64,000 bases of DNA, taken from Nitrospirota bacterium (lineage in GTDB: Bacteria; Nitrospirota; UBA9217). The stretch covers positions 1,025,862 to 1,089,861 of the forward strand of contig CAWIIS010000008.1 in assembly GCA_963836175.1 (NCBI GenBank), given 5' to 3'. The notes below the pieces were generated by a model. That model did no database searches. It had not been told where the DNA came from and worked only from the letters and a program-made list of their open reading frames with translations. This document shows positions 58,160 to 64,000 of the stretch, in pieces (position 1 is the first letter of the stretch; each line of letters begins with the position of its first letter). Position numbers and translations under genes: made by a program.

Positions 58160-58780
58160 TCACGTTCGCACAGGCGTAATGCACTTCTCATAGTTTTTCC
58201 AGAGCTTCGCACCCTCGGACGTGAGGGAGAACGAGAACCCGCTCAAGGACCATCGCATGACCAGGACCTGCACCATGCCGATAAGCATGGCCGCCAGCGC
58301 CTTGCGGTCGACATCCCGGCGAATAGAGCCGATGCGCTGTGCGTCACGGAAAAGCGTTTCCAGGCCTGAAGCATACAGCTCAATGTTCTTTAAAAATTCC
58401 TTTTTCAACCTTTTATTGTTGATATGCATCTCCTCGGAAAAGCCAAGTCGGGGGATCCCTTCGTTTTTTTCGATGAACTCGAGATGCATGAGGAATACCC
58501 GTTTAAGTTTGAGCACCGGCCTCACGGGAGTGGCAAGAACGACCTCAAGATTCCTCCTTATGGCGGCTCCAATGCCCTTTCCGGTCTCGAACAGGATCTC
58601 CTCCTTGTTCTTGAAATGGCGGTAGAGGTTGGCTTCGGAAACGCCTACCTCGCGCGCGATGGCCGAGGTCGTCAAACCGCCCACGCCTTTTTTTCCCACG
58701 ATCCTCAGTGCGGCCTGGACCACCTGCTCCCGCCGCACGTCACTCCGCATCTTTATTGCTGTTTTTCGCACCAGTCTCAC
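58160..58780 (-). CDS. TetR/AcrR-family transcriptional regulator
   Basis: HTH GLTTSAIAREVGVSEANLYRHFKNKEEIL. A GTG at 58780 or an ATG at 58750 are possible starts. Confidence 0.88.
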   Translation of the reverse strand: MRLVRKTAIKMRSDVRREQVVQAALRIVGKKGVGGLTTSAIAREVGVSEANLYRHFKNKEEILFETGKGIGAAIRRNLEVVLATPVRPVLKLKRVFLMHLEFIEKNEGIPRLGFSEEMHINNKRLKKEFLKNIELYASGLETLFRDAQRIGSIRRDVDRKALAAMLIGMVQVLVMRWSLSGFSFSLTSEGAKLWKNYEKCITPVRT

Positions 58781-58787
58781 GTCCTTG

Positions 58788-58819
58788 TATAATGTAAGTT
58801 AATGCTCACTTACATTATA
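58788..58819. promoter_or_regulatory. Candidate TetR operator (perfect 12-bp inverted repeat) in the divergent promoter region
   Basis: TATAATGTAAGT-N8-ACTTACATTATA. It also contains TATAAT-like hexamers on both strands. Confidence 0.6.
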
Positions 58820-58859
58820 GATCACGCCGCTGATTGATGTCAAGGCCGACATTTTACGC

Positions 58860-59501
58860 TTGTTTTCATCGGTCCGGTATGCGATAGTTGCACTGCTGAT
58901 CACCGGCTTTACTTTCCTGGGACAAAGGAGAACCATCCATGATCTGGAGGATCAAAAGACTTTTGTCCCATACCGGATCGGCACGGGACATGCCCAGTAT
59001 CTTGCCTTGATCGTGCTCTGCCTGACCGTGTTTGCGTCACCGGTCCGGGCAGGCCGCGACTTGCCGGAGGCCAGGATCGTCGACGTGAACGACGGCGACA
59101 CAGTGGTCATCAGCATGGAAGGCAAAACCTACCGGACCAGACTTATCGGCATCGACGCTCCCGAAATGGGCCAGAAACCCTGGGGAAGGAAAGCAAAGAA
59201 GCATCTGCGCGATATTATTAAAGCATCAGGCGGTATGGTCAGGGTGGAAATGGACATAACAAAGTACGACAAGTATGACCGTCTTCTCGCCTATCTCTGG
59301 CTGGACGACAAGACCCTGATCAATGAACTGATGCTCAGAGATGGATACGCTGTCCTGTTCACGATCCAGCCCAACAGTAAACATGCGGACCGTCTGAAAA
59401 AAGCGCAATACGCGGCGTGGGAGAACCGTTCGGGCATCTGGGGCCCGAACGGACTGACCGAAAGACCGATCGAGTACAAAAAATCTCATCCCCGGAAGTG
59501 A
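58860..59501 (+). CDS. Thermonuclease (SNase-like) family nuclease with N-terminal membrane/signal segments
   Basis: VDVNDGDTVVI...RLIGIDAPE...YDRLLAYLW...NELMLRDGYA. The start codon is uncertain (TTG at 58860). Confidence 0.82.
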   Translation: MFSSVRYAIVALLITGFTFLGQRRTIHDLEDQKTFVPYRIGTGHAQYLALIVLCLTVFASPVRAGRDLPEARIVDVNDGDTVVISMEGKTYRTRLIGIDAPEMGQKPWGRKAKKHLRDIIKASGGMVRVEMDITKYDKYDRLLAYLWLDDKTLINELMLRDGYAVLFTIQPNSKHADRLKKAQYAAWENRSGIWGPNGLTERPIEYKKSHPRK

Positions 59502-59567
59502 TAAAATCTGGCAGCTGTGTTATCTTACCTATAATGTCTGACGCCATTTCTCACGAAGGAGCCTTGC

Positions 59568-60965
59568 ATGAATAGCAACGACCTTGCCTCAGCTCTTGCG
59601 CACTTCAACAAAACACGATCGGCCTATCTCGACGATCTGAAAGCACTGGTCCGGATTCCCAGCATCAGCTTCCCCGGTTTTGATCCGGCACCGGTCAGGC
59701 AGAGTGCGGAGTTCACCTCGCGCATGCTTTCGGCAAGCGGGCTCACGGATGTCCGCATCCTTGATCCCGGCCAGGGGCATCCTTCGGTCTTCGGACAATG
59801 GACCGAAGCGCCGGGAAAGCCCACCATTCTTCTCTACGCCCATCACGATGTGCAGCCCACAGGGCGCGAGGCGCTCTGGACCACGCCGCCCTTCGAACCG
59901 ATCGAACGGAACGGCAGGCTCTACGGCCGGGGAACTGCCGATGACAAGGGCGGCGCGGTCATGCATGCCGCTGCGATCCGGTCCTACCTGGCCACTCCGG
60001 CCGGCTGCCGGTCAATGTGAAGGTGCTGATCGAGGGCGAGGAGGAGATCGGATCGACCAACCTCGACAAACTGCTGGAGCAGCACCGCGATCTTTTCTCG
60101 GCCGATGTGGTGCTGATCGCCGACAGCGAGAACTTCGACAGCGGCGTCCCTTCCCTTACGGCTTCGCTCCGCGGCATCGTGACCGTGAACGTCGAGGTCC
60201 GGTCCCTGGCCTCGAGCGTCCATTCAGGCACCTGGGGCGGGCCGCTGCCCGACCCCGTCCTGGCCCTCTCAAAAATGCTGGCAACGCTCGTGGACGATCA
60301 GGGCCGGCCGGCCATCCCCGGCTCGTGGAAAGGTGCGGCCCCTGTCCCCTGAGGAAAAAGCCGCGCTCGATGCGCTCCCGTTCCGCGAAGCCCAGTACCG
60401 GAAACAGTCGAACCTGCTGGACGGCGTGCAGATCATCGGCGGGGAAGGTTCGGTCTATGAAAAGATGTGGCACCGCCCGTCCATCGCCGTGAACGTCATC
60501 GAAGCCAGCAGCAGAAAGCAGGCTGCGAACATCATCAACGACGTGGCCTAGGCCCGCGTCGGCATCAGGATCGTTCCGGACATGGACCCGCAGGAGACGC
60601 TGGACCTGCTGAAGCGCCATCTGCGCGAGCATGCTCCCTGGGGGGTGCCGGTGACGATCGAGCCGGAAACGCCGTCGCCCTGGTGGAGGACCGACACGAG
60701 CGGCCCGGTCTTCGAAGCGGCACTGAATGCTCTGGAGCAGGCTATGGCAGAAAGCCCGCGGTCATCGGCGCCGGCGGGTCCATCCCCTTTGTCCAGACGA
60801 TCACGGATGCGCTCGGCGGCGTGCCTGCCCTGCTGTTCGGCGTCGGCGACCCCTACTCCGCAGCGCATTCCGAGAACGAAAGCCTGCTGATCGCGGATTG
60901 GGAAAAGGGCATGCCGGAGCCTGATCCATCTGTTCGGAGCGTTGGAGGAGCGACTCGGGCCATGA
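59568..60965 (+). CDS. M20-family dipeptidase/peptidase, about 4 frame breaks plus one in-frame TAG
   Basis: YAHHDVQP...[10 protein letters not shown]...[10 protein letters not shown] motifs are spread over fragments 59568-60020, 60017-60352, 60333-60551, 60582- and 60467-. The TAG at 60549-60551 sits where Trp (TGG) is expected. Confidence 0.82.
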
Positions 60966-60985
60966 GCCGTCACCCCTAAAGACCA

Positions 60986-61040
60986 CTTGACACGGAATCA
61001 TCGGACTAATGTCTGATAATGCGGATAAAATGCGAAAACG
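60986..61040. repeat. Partial copy C of the GGACACGGA/CGGATAA element
   Basis: CTTGACACGGAATCATCGGACTAATGTCTGATAATGCGGATAAAATGCG aligns with the left halves of copies A and B. It is followed by two GGGATTACG copies and an 8-bp stem AAGCGGAG/CTCCGCTT. Confidence 0.6.
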
Positions 61041-61157
61041 TGACGGCCGACAGGGATTACGAGGTAATACCGGGAGGGATTACGTGACTGAAAAAAGTGG
61101 AAGCGGAGTCCGGCACGGGGCTCCGCTTTATAGACCTGCCTGACGGTCCTCCGCAGA

Positions 61158-61907
61158 TCAGGAAATTCGTTCATAGAGAAATGATCGGCAATCACTGCAT
61201 GGGAGTAAAGACCTGATCGTTCCTGCCAATGCCTTATCGTTCAGGACCACTTTCCCCTTGCTCTCCAGCCCGCGCACATAAACGTCACGCGCCTCGCTCC
61301 GCTTTTTCTGCCAGCTAGGTCTGCTTGAAAGACTCCTTGTTCTTCTCGAAATCCCCTCTTTGGCCTTCGGGTTCCGTGCTGCATACGCCGCGGCAAGCTC
61401 CGCGTCGGTCACGGCCACGCCGTCCTCGACCAGCCGTTCCAGCTTCTGCCTCAGCAGGAATTCCCGCTGGTTGCCTCGAACACCGCCGGGGTCATATTGA
61501 TGCTCTGGAGCGCGTTTCATAGGCCGCTGGTCGAACTTGCCCTGGTTGACTGAAGGCCGGGATCTGCATGATAGCGCCTGCAGCTCCTCGTCGCTCACCT
61601 TCAGGCCCTTGCGCTCCGCTTCCTGGACCAGGAGCCTGTTCTGGATCAGTTCCTGCAAGGCCTGCTTTCTGAGCACCTGCGCAAAATTCTCGTTGAACTG
61701 GTCCTTCAATACTCGCCGGTAGTTCTCGGCCATGTTCTGGTAAACCCGGTTCAGGTCCTCGCCGGTGATCACATACCCGTCCACCTTGGCCACCGTGCTG
61801 CCGCTCGTACTGGACGGATAGATCCCGAAGAACAGGAACGTGACCGTGATCAGGACGACGATCGCCCACATGATCCATTTCATATGTTTGTGCATTTGTT
61901 CAAGCAT
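61158..61907 (-). CDS. PpiD/SurA-N-terminal-domain-like periplasmic chaperone, frame breaks in the middle
   Basis: An N-terminal TM (WIMWAIVVLITVTFLFFGIY) and a SurA_N-like region. The central segment continues in another frame (fragment 61492-61878). Confidence 0.65.
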   Translation of the reverse strand: MLEQMHKHMKWIMWAIVVLITVTFLFFGIYPSSTSGSTVAKVDGYVITGEDLNRVYQNMAENYRRVLKDQFNENFAQVLRKQALQELIQNRLLVQEAERKGLKVSDEELQALSCRSRPSVNQGKFDQRPMKRAPEHQYDPGGVRGNQREFLLRQKLERLVEDGVAVTDAELAAAYAARNPKAKEGISRRTRSLSSRPSWQKKRSEARDVYVRGLESKGKVVLNDKALAGTIRSLLPCSDCRSFLYERIS

Positions 61908-61966
61908 TGCTTATCCCCCTGATCGATTTTGAATTTTCACATTCGCAATGTGCATCTGTTGACTAG

Positions 61967-63401
61967 CTATTCGCTCAGTTTCTTCTTCAGCAGCTGGTTC
62001 ACCATGTCCGGGTTCGCCTTGCCCTTGCTCGCCTTCATCACCTGGCCCACGAAGAAGCCGAAGAGCTTGTCCTTGCCTGCCTTGTAATCCGCGGCCTGGC
62101 CGGGATTCGCCTTGATCACCTCGTCGATGATCTTCTCGATGGCGCCGGTGTCCGAAACCTGCACCAGCCCCTGTTCCTTCACAACGGTTTCCGCGTCCTT
62201 GCCCGATCTTGTACATCTCCTCGAACACGGTCTTGGCGATCTTGGTGCTGATCACGCCGTCAGCGATCATCTTGATCATGCCCGCAAGCCGGTCCGGCTT
62301 GATCGGGCAGTCCTCGATCTCCTTGCCTTCGGCGTTCAGCAGCCGCATCAGTTCGCCCATCATCCAGTTCGAGACGACCTTGGGCTGGTTCGAAAGCTTG
62401 GTCGCTTCTTCGAAATAGGACAGCCAGGGCCCTGCTCTGGGTCAGCATGTCCGCATCGTATTCGGGCAGTCCGTACTCCTTCACGAACCGCTCGCGCTTC
62501 GCATCGGGCAGCTCGGGAATGGTTTTGCCGATCTGCTTCGATCGTTTCCTTGGATAACGACGATGGGCACCAGGTCCGGCTCCGGGAAATACCGGTAGTC
62601 GTGGGCCTCTTCCTTGCTCCGCATGGAGAAGGTCACGCCCTTGGTGGAATCGAAAAGCCGCGTTTCCTGCATGACCCGTCCGCCTTCGTCGAGGACCTGC
62701 GCCTGCCGCTTGATCTCGTACTCGATCGCCTTCTGCACGAACTTGAAGGAGTTCACGTTCTTGATCTCGGCCCGGGTGCCGAATTCCTTTGCGCCGACGG
62801 GCCGGATCGAGACGTTGGCGTCGCACCGGAAATTGCCCTTTTCCATGTCCGCGTCGGACACCTCGATATAGCGCAGGATGGAACGGAGCTTCTTCAGATA
62901 CTCCGAAGCTTCTTCGGCGGTGCGGATGTCGGGTTCGGACACGATCTCCATGAGCGGCGTCCCTGCCCGGTTCAGGTCCACAAGGCTCGCGCCGCTCTCG
63001 GCCTGGTGCAGGTTCTTGCCGGCGTCCTCTTCGAGATGGATGCGGGTGATGCCGATGCGCTTTACCGCGCCGTCGACCACGATCTCGACATGGCCGTGCT
63101 CGCAGACCGGCAGCTCGTACTGCGAGATCTGGTAGCCCTTGGGAAGGTCGGGGTAGAAGTAGTTCTTGCGCGCGAACCGGCTGTAGGGGCTGATCGTGCA
63201 GTGCGTGGCAAGGCCGGTCTTGACGATGTACTCCACGGCCTTTTTGTTCAGCACCGGCAGCACGCCGGGCATGCCGATGCAGACCGGGCAGGTCCTGGTG
63301 TTGGCCTCTTCGCCGAACCGGGTCTCGCATCCGCAGAAGATCTTGGTATTCGTCTGGAGCTGGGCATGCACTTCAAGCCCGATCACTGCTTCGTATTTCA
63401 T
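61967..63401 (-). CDS. gatB: Asp/Glu-tRNA amidotransferase subunit B, 3 or more frame breaks
   Basis: N-terminus [15 protein letters not shown] and C-terminus [28 protein letters not shown]. The middle parts are in the frames of ORFs 62260-63330 and 61911-62363. Confidence 0.92.
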
Positions 63402-63423
63402 AGTTGATCCTTTCAAGAACCTC

Positions 63424-63508
63424 TTGCCACAGAGGCACGAGACACTGAGAATTCAAAATTTCAACAATTCCGATTAATCTCTCTGTGTCTCTGCGATCTC
63501 TGTGGCAA
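63424..63508. repeat. Long imperfect hairpin in the gatA-gatB spacer (CTCTGTGTCTCTG-type repeat)
   Basis: Perfect 11-bp arms TTGCCACAGAG (63424-63434) and CTCTGTGGCAA (63498-63508), with partially complementary GAGACAC(T/A)GAGA inner arms. Confidence 0.7.
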
Positions 63509-63514
63509 AATGCT

Positions 63515-64000
63515 TTACAGTTTCGGTTTTCTCTTATGCCACTCCGTGGCCTGCTCGTAGGCAAACGCTGCATGAAGCACCGACTCCTCGTCAAAATGCT
63601 TGCCCAGGATCTGCAGCCCGATGGGAAGGTTCGCCGACGTGAACCCGCAGGGGATCGAGATGCCCGGGATGCCGGCCAGGTTCACGCTGATCGTGAAGAT
63701 GTCGGACAGGTACATCTGGAGCGGGTCAGCTGACTTCTCGCCGATCTTGAACGCGGCCGTGGGCGCCGTGGGCGTGGCGATGACATCGACCTTCTTGAAG
63801 GCCTCGTCGAAATCCCGCTTGATCAGCGTCCGCGCCTGCTGGCCTTTTTTATAATAGGCCTCGTAGTACCCGGCGGAAAGCGCATAGGTGCCGAGCATGA
63901 TCCTGCGCTTCACTTCCGGGCCGAACCCCTCGTCGCGCGACTCTTCATGTACATGTCGAGCAGGTCCTTGGGCGCCGTCGGCGCGGTACCCGTACTTCAC
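63515..64000 (-). CDS. gatA: Glu-tRNA(Gln) amidotransferase subunit A, C-terminal part (5' end beyond window; one frame break near 63940-63960)
   Basis: [22 protein letters not shown]...[11 protein letters not shown]...LPIGLQILG are typical GatA C-terminal motifs. Confidence 0.9.
   Translation of the reverse strand: MKYGYRADGAQGPARHVHEESRDEGFGPEVKRRIMLGTYALSAGYYEAYYKKGQQARTLIKRDFDEAFKKVDVIATPTAPTAAFKIGEKSADPLQMYLSDIFTISVNLAGIPGISIPCGFTSANLPIGLQILGKHFDEESVLHAAFAYEQATEWHKRKPKL

Noticed and set aside
62112-63407. A 431-aa plus-strand ORF and a 356-aa minus-strand alternative-frame ORF over gatB.
   Set aside because: gatB motifs account for the locus. The alternative frames are low-complexity, and part of the 356-aa frame is simply the shifted gatB segment.

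Overview
This is a 64-kb chromosomal window from an environmental Gram-negative bacterium. The pilA/ABC/sigma54 layout and the respiratory genes resemble Desulfobacterota- or Nitrospirota-type genomes, but the taxon is inference only. Reading left to right: a TPR protein; a type IV pilin locus (sigma54 promoter, pilA, terminator, PilH/PilI-like ABC genes); an IS4 element nested in another transposase remnant; an AT-richer polytopic membrane protein; lipA-lon-hsp20; a selenocysteine FdnGHI-type formate dehydrogenase; htpX; an ISNCY-like IS inserted just upstream of a tRNA-Gly/tRNA-Cys promoter; dnaE; several hypothetical proteins; an MltD-like transglycosylase; prmA; and a cytochrome c/CopD/cytochrome b5 fusion protein. 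Next comes a complete Rrf2-headed cbb3 oxidase operon (ccoN, ccoO-cyt c fusion, stand-alone FixP_N, small ORFs, ccoQ, ccoG, two FixH-like genes, a DsbD_2-like gene, ccoI, ccoS). This is followed by HPP/CBS genes, a protoglobin-PsiE fusion, a REC/PilZ/TolB-like/MBL signalling cluster, cspA, rsgA, a cNOR (norC-cyt c fusion, norB) with ferredoxin and uncharacterised Fe-S/Cys-rich genes, a TetR-controlled YbhGFSR-like ABC exporter, a thermonuclease, an M20 peptidase, a PpiD-like gene, gatB and a partial gatA. I found no rRNA, CRISPR array, prophage or recognisable defence system, and no clear-cut novel system. Major caveat: more than 30 single-base frame breaks (plus one in-frame TAG) interrupt conserved and essential genes such as dnaE, gatA/B, fdhA and ccoI. 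The conserved peptide continues across each break, so these are most likely assembly indels and not real pseudogenes. The most unusual biology is: (1) extra cytochrome c domains fused to both CcoO and NorC, with CcoP split; (2) a nor cluster that lacks norQD but carries ferredoxin, Fe-S and Cys-rich genes; (3) the protoglobin-PsiE fusion; and (4) several families of short intergenic repeats (heptanucleotide arrays and CGGATAA-phased palindromic elements).
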